Assembly (NCBI RefSeq): GCF_004010195.1
Contig: NC_057752.1
Coordinates: forward strand, 8,487,180-8,551,179
DNA length: 64,000 nt
Reading direction: 5' to 3'
DNA from: Chiloscyllium plagiosum
Taxonomy: Eukaryota
This document shows positions 37,881 through 49,928 of the stretch, one piece after another (within the stretch, counting starts at the first letter, position 1; each line of letters opens with the position of its first letter). The position numbers and the translations under genes are program-made. Below the pieces are notes generated by a model. It worked only from the letters and a program-made list of their open reading frames with translations, ran no database searches and had not been told where the DNA came from.

Positions 37881-40800
37881 CACTATAACCCTCCCTCTTG
37901 GAGTCCAAGGACATAGGCTAATTCTTTTTCTTGGGAGAGCCTCTTCGGACATTTTAGCAGTCAGTCAGGTTCCTCTGACTCAGCATCCAATACAGGCAGC
38001 ATGTAATGCATGGCAGCTCAGCTCTTATGCCAGGAGCACTTTGGTAGAATTTCACTCTCTTCTGGCAGCAAAGGTGTTGAGGCAGCTATATCCGTCATGT
38101 CCGTTTCTGATTCTGAGGACTTGACAATACTTCATGGAGAGGGTGAACCCACAGGATCTGGCAGCCTTTCTGAGGGGCAAGGCACATTTTGCACCTGCAC
38201 TGTTTGAGAATTTGTGGCTTTCATATGGTCCACATGCTTATTCAGGATCGTCATACCAAGCCAAACTTTATATGTCATTAGTCCTGACCTCATGTTGACC
38301 TTGCCTCCTACTCAAGCAGGGCCATTTCCGTTATTTTTACAATGACCATCATGCCCAGTATCAAATCACCTCTTTCACTTGATGGAGACGTAAGTCTGGC
38401 ATTGCAGATCCTGATGCAGTTTAACCCTCACCCCTAGGTTCAGGAAGATCAGACTTAACCTGGTGCAGAGTTGTCTCCCCATTATCAACTGTAGCTGCAT
38501 GTGGGGTGGCCCTATTATCAAACAAGAACCAGGGGGACTTGGCAAGATGGTGGTGATTCTGTAGAACTGCTGTGGACAGCTCTGCCTAACAGCCGAGGCA
38601 TACTGGTGTTTTTTGCCATCCCTGGCCAACTTATGTGGTGGAATTATTAGTTTAAAACCTTACAGAACACATATTTGTTAATATTTGGGAGTGGGTAGGA
38701 TGCCAAAGGGAAAAGGAGCGAGCAAACAGCAGCAGGGAGGACACTCCCCTGCAGCACCTACCACACCAGAGACTGCAGCAGCAGAAGCCTCTCCTGATCC
38801 CCTCGGGGACCTGACAGACTCACAGGAATTGGCTGCGGTGATGGAGAGACTTACCTTGAAAGTTGGGGCTGCAATTGAGGAGATTCGTGCCCAGGTCCAA
38901 ACTATTCCATCCATGCTGCAGAAGCATGAGCAGGAGATCCAGGGCCTCGGGGAGAGGCTGGAGGAGATGGAGGGTCGAACTAAGGCCTCGGAAGCTGCGA
39001 CGGAGTCCTCATCCAGTCGGATCCAGGTGCTGGAGCGAGAGGTGCGGGCCTTGCAAAACCATATTGATGACCACGAAAATAGAGGTCAGAGGATAAATCT
39101 CTGAATTTTCGGGCTCCCTGAAGATGAGGAAGGTGAGCAGCCAGTCAGCTTCTTTGAAAGCTGGCTGCTGAAGTTTTTGGGCCTTCACATTGAGTCCAGC
39201 TGGCTGCAGATTGAAAGGGCTTATCGGGTTACAGTGCACAGGTCAGGGCCAGTGCAGTGCCCCCGCCCAGTCCTACTGTACTTCCACTCATGTAAGGACA
39301 AGCAAAAAGTCATCGAAGCTTCCAGATCCCTGGGAAAAGATCCGCAGGTACTGCTGTACAAGGGGTCAAAAATCATGTTTTCCCAGGATTTCTCCGCAGC
39401 TGTAATTCGAAAGAGGAAGTGCTTCGATGAAGTTAAAAAGAGGCTGAGGAACCTGGGCATCCAGTACTCGATGGGATACCCTGCAGTGCTTTGTTTCAGC
39501 CACGAGGACTCAGTTTATACATTTGACTCAGCGGATAAAACTAAAAACTTTGTAGACACTTTAAAATAGATGGATTAGCCTGAAGAATATGGTTAATATT
39601 TGTTCTCTTTTCTATCTTTCCCCATGTTTTCCCTTCCTTTTTTTAAATTCCTTTCTTTCTCCCTAATAATTTCCTTTTTGGAAAGGAGGGGGAAGACCTT
39701 GGAATAAGTTGTTCCTTTTTTTTAATAACTGGATTTTCTGATGGGAAATGTTGTGGGTGTTCTTTGTTGTCTCTTCCCCTTTTTTTTATTTGTGCTGTTT
39801 CTCTTTTAGTCACAAGTAGGGGTGACATGAAGCCAGGGATGGGTGGAGTGTGCTCATCCTGACTTTGTATTTTTTCTGTTGATGTAAGGATCATCTCCTT
39901 GTTGTTTTTTCTGGCCTAAGGCTGGGGTACAGTCCGGGTTTGAAGGAGCTGTGAAGGAGGGGATAGGTAGGGTGAGTGCCCCCTATGGGCAGGGGGAAGA
40001 GTCTTCCATTCAAGGTTCTATAGTTGGTTTTCTTTGTAGTTTTTTGGTAGTAATAGTTGTTTATAGTTATGATAGAGTAGTTTTTGTATATATAGTTCTT
40101 CACCTCTATGAGTCTTTATTTATTTATGCTCGGCGCTTTGTAAGCAGGGTTCTCCCTCCCAAGGGTTCAAGGGTCTCTGAAAGGGGATATGGCTAAGTGT
40201 CTTATTAAATGGTGCACCTGGAACATTGAGGGGAGTCTATTAAAAGGAAAAAAGTGCTTTCTAGCCTTAAGAGGGAAAGGGTTGATATTGCTTTGCGGCA
40301 GGAAACTCATCTTGATGATGGGGAACACCTGAAATTACAACAGGGGGCTATGACCGGGTATCCTTTTCATCCTTTACTACTAAAAGTAGGAGAGTGGTGG
40401 TACTTATCCAGAAAAATCTTCCGTTCACATTAGAGCAGGTGAAAGATGAGCAGGGATGGTTTGTGATACTTAAAGTCCTGATACATGGGGAGGAATATGG
40501 CATTTTAAATGTCTACTGTCCTCCAGCGCAGTCCCTCAAATTTTTGATTAGTGCTTTCTCTAAGTTGAGTGCTTTTAGAACACAGCACATTATTATAGGA
40601 GGGGATTTTAATTGTCTTTTGGATCCGACAGTGGACAGAATGCCTTGTGGGCCCCCCAACTATTTCTTCGCAGGTTAAGCAGGTGGTTGACTAATGCGAG
40701 GAGTTGGGGCTGGTGGATATTTGGAGATGTCTTCACCCTACCGGCAGGGACTTCACCTTTTTTTCAAACCCACATAAATGTCACATGAGGATTGACCTCT

Positions 40801-43114
40801 TTCTGGCTCCCTTGGCCCTTCTGGATTCGATAATAGATTGTAAAATTGGGAATATAGCTATCTCCGATCACGCGGCGGTATATTTGGAGGTTACGGCCAA
40901 GAGTGGAGGGCTAGGTTTGCGGCACTGGCGTTTGGATCCTTTTTGAAGGAGTTTCAGGAATTCTTGACTATCAATTCAGGCACGGCTAGTAGTCCATATA
41001 TGCTATGGGAGACTGCTAAGGCCTTTGTTAGGGGATTAGTTATTTCCTATTCGGCTAGCTGGAAACAACAAAAGGAGGAACAGCAGCGTCGACTTGAGAC
41101 ACGGTTGAAAGCTGCCAAGGCAGCACATTTTGCGTGGCCTTCGGTGACTAAGCTACAGTGGATCACGGCCCTCTGGACTGCCTTTACTGACTCAAAATGC
41201 AAAGAAAGAACTTGCAGGCTGTTTGAATATGGGGATAGGCCAGGGAAGTATTTAGCGTACCTGACTAGGAAAAGGCATGCTCCCCAATCCATTACTGCAA
41301 TCAGAGACAGCGCCGGGGTCCTTACCTACGATGCCAAAAAGATTAATGAGACTTTTCGGAGCTTTTACTCTGAATTGTATCGGTCTGAAGGTTGCGAGGA
41401 TAGGAGGGCTAAAATATACACCTTTTTTAAGAACCTGGACCTCCCAGGGGTAACCTTGGAACAGGCCTCTCTCCTTAATGCCCCCTTGACAGTTCAGGAA
41501 ATACAGGAGGCAGCTAGGCAATTTCAGAGTGGGAAAGCGCCTGGCCCTGATGGTCTTCCGGGTGAGTTTTATAAAGAGTTTATAGGGATTCTGTCAGGGC
41601 CGATGTTGGAGATGCACAATCACTCTGCATGAATGCCTACCATCATCTTTGCGAGAAGCTAATATTTCCTTAATTCTTAAGAAGGGGAAGGTTCCTGAGG
41701 ATTGTGCCTCATATTGGCCCATCTCTATTAAATTCAGATTTCAAGATTCTGTCCAAGATCCTGGCGCTGAGATTGGAAAGGGTGTTGCCCCATATTATTA
41801 AAGAGGACCAGACAAGCTTTATAAGGGACTGTAGGTCCTCTAATAATATTAGAAGGTTGCTGAATATGGTCCGAATTTGTCAGCAATGATCGCTTCAGGG
41901 GTTGGTGATTTCCTTAGATGCAGAGAAAGCATTTGACCGGGTGGAATGGCCATATATTTTTTATGTCTTAGAACAGTTTGGGTTGGGTGGAGTCTTTGCT
42001 AGGTGGGTGGAGGTTTTATATTGTCACCCTCTGGCTGCCGTTATCACCAACGGGGTGAAGTCTAGGAATTTTAGGATTGGTAGAGGTAGTCGGCAATGCT
42101 GCCTCCTCTCACTGCTGTTGTTTACGTTGGTGATAGAGCCGCTGGCAGAGGCCATTCATCAGAACATCCACATAACTGCTCTGGAAGTGGGATCAAGGGC
42201 ACACAAGATTACACTGTGTGCGGATGATGTTTTTATCGAACCCAATGATCTCCGTACCCCATTTGATACATGTATCAGTTCATTTGGGGCTATTTCAGGA
42301 TGTAAGATTAACTTTGCAAAATCAGAGGCTATGTCTCTGGGGAACTTCAAGGGTGTGCCAGAAGTTGAAGGTGGCTCTAAGTTCCCTTTTACATGGTCAC
42401 GGTCAGGGTTCCAATATCTAGGCATTGAGCTGTTATTTCGGACTAACTTTGCTCACTTGCTCGACAATATTATACGAGATCTCCAGAGATGGGAGGCTCT
42501 TCCAATTTCATGGCTGGGCCAAATATATCTCATTAAGATGAATATTCTTCCTCGTTTGCTTTATCCCATGCGTATGCTCCCTATAATGTTTCCCAGGTCA
42601 ACGCTATGGAAGCTTATGGGGTGGTTTGGTTCCTTTGTCTGGCTTCATGGGCGGCCCCTCATCAAATTTACTAAATTGCAGTTGCCTCAAGAAAGGGGAG
42701 GAGTTGATTTCCCAGACATCAGGAGGTATCAGTTGAGTTCCGTGCTGTCCTTTCTCTGTGATTGGGTAGGAAACGATCCAAACTCAATATGGCTGGATAT
42801 TGAGGCCTCCCAAGCAAAGTGCCCTCTTATTAACCTGTTGTTCATGGATAAGATGAGGACAGTTATGGACCACTGCCGGAACCCCATTGTCATTAGTACA
42901 GTCAAGGCATGGAGGGCTATGTGTCAGAGTGAGGGTTGTTTATCCAAGACTTCGCAACTTATACCTATAGTTGGCATGCCAGGGTTCCAACCAGGGATGA
43001 TGGACTCAGGGTTCAAATTATGGGCAGCGAGAGGAGTTTCTAGTTTGGGAGACTTGTTTGAAGGGGAGGTTATGATGTCTTTTGAGCAACTGAGCCACAA
43101 ATACGGGTTGCCCA

Positions 43115-46100
43115 GAACAAAGAGAACAAAGAACAAAGAAAATTTACAGCCCAGGAACAGGCCCTTCAGCCCTCCAAGCCTGAGCCGATCCAAATGTACT
43201 GTCTAAACCTGTTGGTCAATTCCTAAGCATCTGTATCCCTCTACTCCCTATCTATTCATGCATTTATCCAGACGCATCTTAAATAAATCTACCGTGCCTG
43301 TCTCTACCACCCTGCTGGCAACGCCCACCAACCTCTGTGTGAAGTACTTGCCGTGTGTATCCCCCTTAAACTTTTCACCTCTCATCTTGAAAGCGTGACC
43401 TCTCGTTATTGAATCCTTCACCATGGGAAAAAGCTTGTCTCTATCCATCCTGTCTATACCCTTCATGATTTTGTAAACTTCAATCAGGTCCCCCCTCAAT
43501 CTCCTTTTTTCTAATGAAAATAAACCTAACCTACTCAACCTTTCTTCATAGCTCGCACCTTCCATACCAGGCAACATCCTCGTAAACCTTCTCTGCACCC
43601 TCTCCAAAGCATCCATATTCTTTTAGTAATGTGGCAACCAGAACTGTACACAGTATTCTAAATGCGGCTGAACTAATGTCTTATACAATGTTAACATGAC
43701 TTGCCAGCTCTTATACTCAATACCCCTTCCAATTAAGGCAAGCATACTATATGCCTTCTTGACCACTCTATCCACCTATGCAGCAACCTTCAGGGTACAA
43801 TGGACCTGCACTCCCAGATCTCTCTGCTCATCAACGTTTCCCAAGGCTCTTCTGTTCATTGTATAATTCGCTCTCGAATTAGTCGTGTCTAAATGCATCA
43901 CCTCACATTTGTCTGGATTGAAAACCATCTGCCACTTTTCTGCCCAACTCTCCAGTCTATCTATATCCTCCTATATTCTCTGACAGTCCCTTATGCTTTC
44001 CGCTACTCCACCAATCTTCGTGTCATCTTCAAACTTGCTGATCATACCAACAGTGCCCACTTCCAGATCATTTATGTATATTACAAACAACAGTGGCCCN
44101 NNNNNNNNNNNNNNNNNNNNNNNNNNNNNNNNNNNNNNNNNNNNNNNNNNNNNNNNNNNNNNNNNNNNNNNNNNNNNNNNNNNNNNNNNNNNNNNNNNNN
44201 NNNNNNNNNNNNNNNNNNNNNNNNNNNNNNNNNNNNNNNNNNNNNNNNNNNNNNNNNNNNNNNNNNNNNNNNNNNNNNNNNNNNNNNNNNNNNNNNNNNN
44301 NNNNNNNNNNNNNNNNNNNNNNNNNNNNNNNNNNNNNNNNNNNNNNNNNNNNNNNNNNNNNNNNNNNNNNNNNNNNNNNNNNNNNNNNNNNNNNNNNNNN
44401 NNNNNNNNNNNNNNNNNNNNNNNNNNNNNNNNNNNNNNNNNNNNNNNNNNNNNNNNNNNNNNNNNNNNNNNNNNNNNNNNNNNNNNNNNNNNNNNNNNNN
44501 NNNNNNNNNNNNNNNNNNNNNNNNNNNNNNNNNNNNNNNNNNNNNNNNNNNNNNNNNNNNNNNNNNNNNNNNNNNNNNNNNNNNNNNNNNNNNNNNNNNN
44601 NNNNNNNNNNNNNNNNNNNNNNNNNNNNNNNNNNNNNNNNNNNNNNNNNNNNNNNNNNNNNNNNNNNNNNNNNNNNNNNNNNNNNNNNNNNNNNNNNNNC
44701 TATCTTTGAAAGCCTCCCACATATCAAATGTGGACTTCCCTTCAAATAGCTGTGTCCAATCCACATTTCTGAGCTCCTGCCTAATTTTGATATAATTAGC
44801 CTTGGCCCAGTTTAGTACTCTTCCCTTAGTACCACTCTCTTCTTTATCTACGAGTATTCTAAAACTTACAGAATTGTGGTCACTGTTGCCAAAGAAATCC
44901 CCCACCGCAACTTCTACCACCTGTCCTGGCTCTTTCCCCTGTACCAGGTCCAATATGGCCCCTTTCCTCGTCGGACTATTGACATACTGCTCTAGAAAAC
45001 TCTCCTGGACGCTTCTTACAAATTCTACCCCATCCAGACCTCTGACGTTAAGTGTATTCCAGTCAATGTTGGGAAAATTAAAATCTCACATCACCACTAC
45101 CCTATTGCCTCTACATCTTTCCATAATCTGTTTACCTATTTGTTCTTCTACCTCACCCTCACTGTTGGGAGGCCTGTAATACAGCCCCAACAGTGTGACT
45201 GCACCCTTCTTATTTCTCAGCTCCACCCATATTGCCTCACTACCCAAGACCTCCATAGTGTGCTCCTTTAGCACAGCCGTGATATTGTCCTTAACCAGCA
45301 ATGCAACTCCACTCCCCCTTTTACTTCCCTCCCTGTCTTGTCTGAAGCATCTATATCCTGGAACATTTAATTGCCAATCATCATGCCCTTCCTTCAACCA
45401 AGTCTCTGTGATTGCAATAACATCATACTCCCAGGAACCAATCCAAGCCCTAAGTTCATCTGTCTTACACACTATACTCCTTGCATTAAAGTAGATGCAT
45501 TTCAAGCCACCAGTTTTTTTGCGCTCATCTGCTCTCTGCCTACTCTTCCCTTTATTAATGCTATCTTCATGATTCTTACAGTCTCCAGACTCCACCTCAC
45601 TGCCTACTTATTTTCTCTTCTAGTTCCCAGCCCCCTGCCACATTAGTTTAAAACCTCCCCAACAGCAGTAGCAAAAACTCCCCCAAGGACATTGGTTCCG
45701 GTCTGGTTCAGATGTAGCCCGTCCATTTTGTAATAGTCCCACCTTCCCCAGAGCCGGTCCCAATATCCAACAAATCTGAACCTCTCCCTCCTACACCATC
45801 TCTCAAGCCACGTGTTCATCCTGCCTATTTTTTCATTTCTACGCTGGCTAGCACGTGGCACTAGTAGTAATCCTGAGATCACTACCTTTGAGGTCCTCCT
45901 CTTTAACTTCTCTCCCAGTTCCCTGAAATCTTCTTTCAAGACCTCATCTCGTTTTCTACTTATATCGTTGGTGCCTATATGCACCAAGACAACTGGCTGT
46001 TCATCGGCTGCAGAATGTTCTGCAGCCGATCGGTGACATCCCTGACCCGAGCACCTGGGAGGCAACATACCATCCGGGAGTCCCGTTTTTGGCCACAGAA

Positions 46101-47043
46101 TCGCATATCTACTCCCCTCACAATAGAATCCCCTACGACTATGGCCCTACAAGTCTTTCTCCCGCCCTTCTGAACAGCAGTGCCCGCCACGGTGCCATGA
46201 TCCTGGCAACTGCTGCCCTCCCCTGGTGAGCCATCTCCCCCAACAGTATCCAAAACGGTATGCCTGTTTTGGAGGGAGATGACCACAGGGGACACCTGGA
46301 TTGCCTTCCTACTTTTTTTTTGTCTTTTGGTCACCCATTCACTGTCTCCCTCAGCAAATCTGCGGTGTGACCAGTTCACTAAATGTGCTATCTACGACCT
46401 CCTCAGCATCGCGGATGCTCCACAGTGAGTCCATCCACAGCTCCAGAGCCGTCATGCGGTCAAACAAGAGCTGCACCTGGACACAATTCTTGCAAGTGTA
46501 AGAGTCAGGAATGTCAGACCCATTCCTAAGCCCTCACATCAAGCAAGAGGCACATGCCACAGGTCTGAGTTCCCCTGCCATTGTAAGCTTAGCTTTGAAT
46601 GAACTAACTAAAACCAAACAATGCACTTAAATAAATGAAAAAGAAAGATAAAGAAAAAAATAAAAGCCTTACCTTAAAGAGTCTTTTTCTTCTGGTTAGA
46701 GGAGGGGGGCAGGAGGGAGATACTACACCTGTAGTATCTCGGGTTTAGCCACTGCCCAAATATAAATTAAGCCCTTACCTTTCCCGGCAGTCCTTGCTTC
46801 ACTCCACCTTCTCTCCTCGCCACTCTGTCAAAATGGAGGCCCGACTCCCAAGGTAAGTCCCTTTTTAAGTGGGAAAACTTACCTTCCCCGGCAGCCCTCG
46901 CTTCACTCCACCTTCTCTCCTCGCCACTCTGTCAAAATGGAGGCCCGACTCCCAAGGTAAGTCCTTTTTAAGTGGGAAAACTTACCCTCCCCGGCAGCCC
47001 TCGCTTCACTCCACCTTCTCTCCTCGCCACTCTGTCAAAATGG
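43115..47043 (-). mobile_element. Near full-length CR1 (ORF1 SGNH-esterase type, ORF2 APE...RT) spanning a gap
   Basis: ORF1 VVGDSIVRG, HIGTNDI and DGLHLN; ORF2 NARSI...ITETWL...YYRPPN...SDHN; short-repeat 3' tail at ~43115-43140. Confidence 0.9.
44100..44699. other. Assembly gap (N run)
   Basis: 600 Ns. Confidence 1.
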
Positions 47044-47048
47044 AGGTT
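46774..47048. repeat. ~103-bp tandem repeat (2.6 units) at the 5' end of the CR1
   Basis: Unit cttacc..cccggcag...aaaatggaggcccgactcccaaggtaagtcc; ORF starts at 46869 and 46972 are offset by 103. Confidence 0.9.
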
Positions 47049-49348
47049 AGGGATTTCATCCAGAAGAAGACTATGCTTCTCACTCAGCCCCTTAAGCCCG
47101 ATACAGAGAGGTTGTTGCCACGTTCCACAAGCACCCCTTCGGTTAGTGCCCTCTATCGCCTGCTGGGTGGCAGGGCCTGGCAGGATATTAACTGGTTATG
47201 TGAGGCATGGGAGCAAGAGCTGGGAGTGGAGATCTCTTCTGAAACATGGGAGAATACTCGAAAGATCTCAATCTGTAATAGGACATGCACTACACAGTTA
47301 GAAGTTCTGCACAGGGCTCATCTGGCACCAGACCATCTGGTGAAGTTTAAAAAAGGGGCATTTCAGTGTTCGCCAAATGTAAAATAAATGTAGGTACTCT
47401 TACCCATTGCTTCTGGACATGCTACAGGCTCAGTGTTTATTGGAACATTGTAGCGGGAGAGATTGGGAGGGTATTGAGGACTGAAGTCAAAGTAGACCCG
47501 ATATCTCTCCTCTTAGGTCTACCAAATTTACCATCTTTCAACGGGCATGGGAAGAAACTATTTAATATCCGTGCACACTGTGTATGGAAGAATATTCTGA
47601 TGAACTGGGTGTCTGCGAACTCGCCGGGCTTGCTGGGATGGCAGAAATTAATTATGGAGCACATTCCTTTGGACGTTTTTACAAACATGGTGCACCACAC
47701 AACAGACCATTTTTATAAGACATGGCAGCCCTACTTGAGTTATTTGGATATAGATTTGTCAGTTGTCTTAACTAGGGTGTTTGTTTAACCAGGATAATTA
47801 GATTTGTCAAGCCCTGGGCCCTGCAGGGGGTCTCCTGAGTTAATACGGGTATATATACAATGCTCCCATTCTTTTGTTTGGGAGCTTTGCGTTGAGCAGA
47901 GTTGTTCTATATTTTGTGATTTTTTTTGTTTTTTTTTGCTTTTCTTTCTTTTTTTTGGTGTTGCTTTGCACAGTGTTAGGGTTTGTTTTGTATTATAGGG
48001 TAGGTTAGTAGTTAGTAGACAGTAGTTTTATTATAATTTGTGTTTTTTTTTCTTTTTATTATACTGATATTTGTTATGATTGTATTTTTCAATAGTTTTA
48101 TATGTGTGTAAAGTTAAAAAAAATTTGCTAATAAATATATTTACAAAACAAACAAGAACCAGGACAGTTTGGTATCCAGTGAAGCTGTAGGGTGTTTCTT
48201 CAATCCAGCCTTCAAAGTTTTGACTGCTCTTTCTGTCAGACCATTGGATGATGGGTAGTAAGGAGCTGTCCTTACATGTCAAATCCCAAACTTCTTTCTA
48301 GCGTCATCCCTGTGTTTGACTAATGGAACCTCTGCATGTCCAACCACTTTGAGTGGGCATCTACAACGACTAAGAACATTGAACCTGATTAAAGGACCCG
48401 GATAGTTTGTTGAGTCCAGGATTTACCCAGCCATTCCCACGAATGTGGAGAAGCTGATGGTGGTAATTTTTGTCCTTATTGGCAATCTGGGCACTGTCCC
48501 ACCCATGCAGCTATGTCTGCATCTAATCCTGGCCACAAGACATAACTTCTCATCAACATTTTCATTTTGGAAACCCCTAGCTGATACTTGTGGGGTTCAG
48601 CCAGCACTAAATTATTTTTTAATTCATTTGTGGGATGTGGGCATCGCTGGCTGACCAGCATTTATTGCCCATCCCTAGTTGCCCTTGAGAAGGTGGTAGT
48701 GAACTGCCTTCTTGAACCACTGCAGTCCACCTGCTGTGGGTTGACTCACAGTGCCCTTCAGGAGAGAATTCCAGGATTTTGACCCAGCGACCGTGAAGGA
48801 ACACCAATATATTTCCAAGTCAGGGTGGTGAGTGGCTTGGAGAGGAACTTGAAGATGGTGATATTCCCATGCATCTGCTGCCCTTGTCCTTTGAAATGAA
48901 AGTAGCAACCTTTGGAATTTGATGGCGACCTTTGTTCAGGACAATCACTCTCACTCCCCATAACAATATGCCATCCTCTACTGTGAGCTGGTCTCTCTGG
49001 GTCCAAAAAGGTTTTGACTCTAGTTGTCACGGCACTTTGGTCTCCTCATTAATACCAGCTGTTTCAATTTGGAAAGGACTCGATCTGTCAGTGTCCAAGA
49101 TCTGATATTGTTAGCTGGGAGAGTGGCCAGAAAATTTAATTTGGTTACAGATCCTACCATTGGGGGCACCACTGATGGTATATCTGCTAGCAGCAGGTGG
49201 TTCAATGCATCCGCATTCGTTACTTGGCCTCCTGGATGGTGCACTAATTTGTAACTATAAGCATTTAGTATTGCAGCCCACTGCTGAATGTGGCCCGAAG
49301 CAATGGGCGGCACTACCTCATCCTCTTGAAACAGATCAAGTAGGGCTT

Positions 49349-49645
49349 TATTAGATTAGATTCAATTCCCTATTGGGCCATTTGTCCCAACAAGTCCACA
49401 CCAACCCTCTGAAGAGTAACCCACCCAGACCCATTCCTTTACTCTATATTTACCCCTGACTAATGCACCTATCACTACGGGCAATTTAGCATGGCCAATT
49501 CACCTGACCTACATATCTTTGGATTGTGGGAGGTGACCAGAGTACGTGGAGGTAATCCACACAGACATTCACCCAAGGCGGGAATCGAACCCAGGTCCCT
49601 GGCACTGTGAGGCAGCAGTGGTAACCACTGAGCCACCGTACCGCC
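49349..49645 (-). mobile_element. HE1-type V-SINE inserted in the Gypsy RNase H region
   Basis: Head GGCGGTACGGTGGCTCAGTGGTTACCACTGCTGCCTCACAG; (TCTAA)n tail. Confidence 0.85.
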
Positions 49646-49928
49646 TTTTGTGCTCCATGATTACCATGAATTTATGCTTGTAAAGGTATCGGTGGAACTT
49701 CCTGACTCCAAATACAACCACCAATCCTTCTTTTTCTATGTGGGCACACTTATGGTCCTTGAAGGACATTAGTGAACCAGATATGTTTTTTTTCAACAAT
49801 CAATAATGATTTCATGGTCATCAGTAGACTCTTAATTCCAGGTTTTTATCGAATTCAAATTCTACCATGTGCTGTGGCAGGATTTGAACCCAGCTCCTCA
49901 GAGCATTACTTAGGTCTCTGGATTAACA

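Larger units (their letters stand above)
38534..48148 (+). mobile_element. Full-length degraded L1 (copy A): 5' UTR, ORF1, ORF2 and A-rich tail; interrupted by CR1
   Basis: ORF1 coiled-coil and RRM/CTD-like region (38685-39569); ORF2 GGDFNCLLD, SDHAAV, GKAPGPDG, SLDAEKAFDRVEW and C-terminal CxxC-H-C; 15-bp TSD caaacaagaaccagg at 38519-38533 and 48149-48163. Confidence 0.92.

Noticed and set aside
41902..43206. 434-aa ORF as a host gene
   Set aside because: It is an L1 ORF2 RT fragment (catalytic YADD mutated to CADD) that runs into the CR1 tail.
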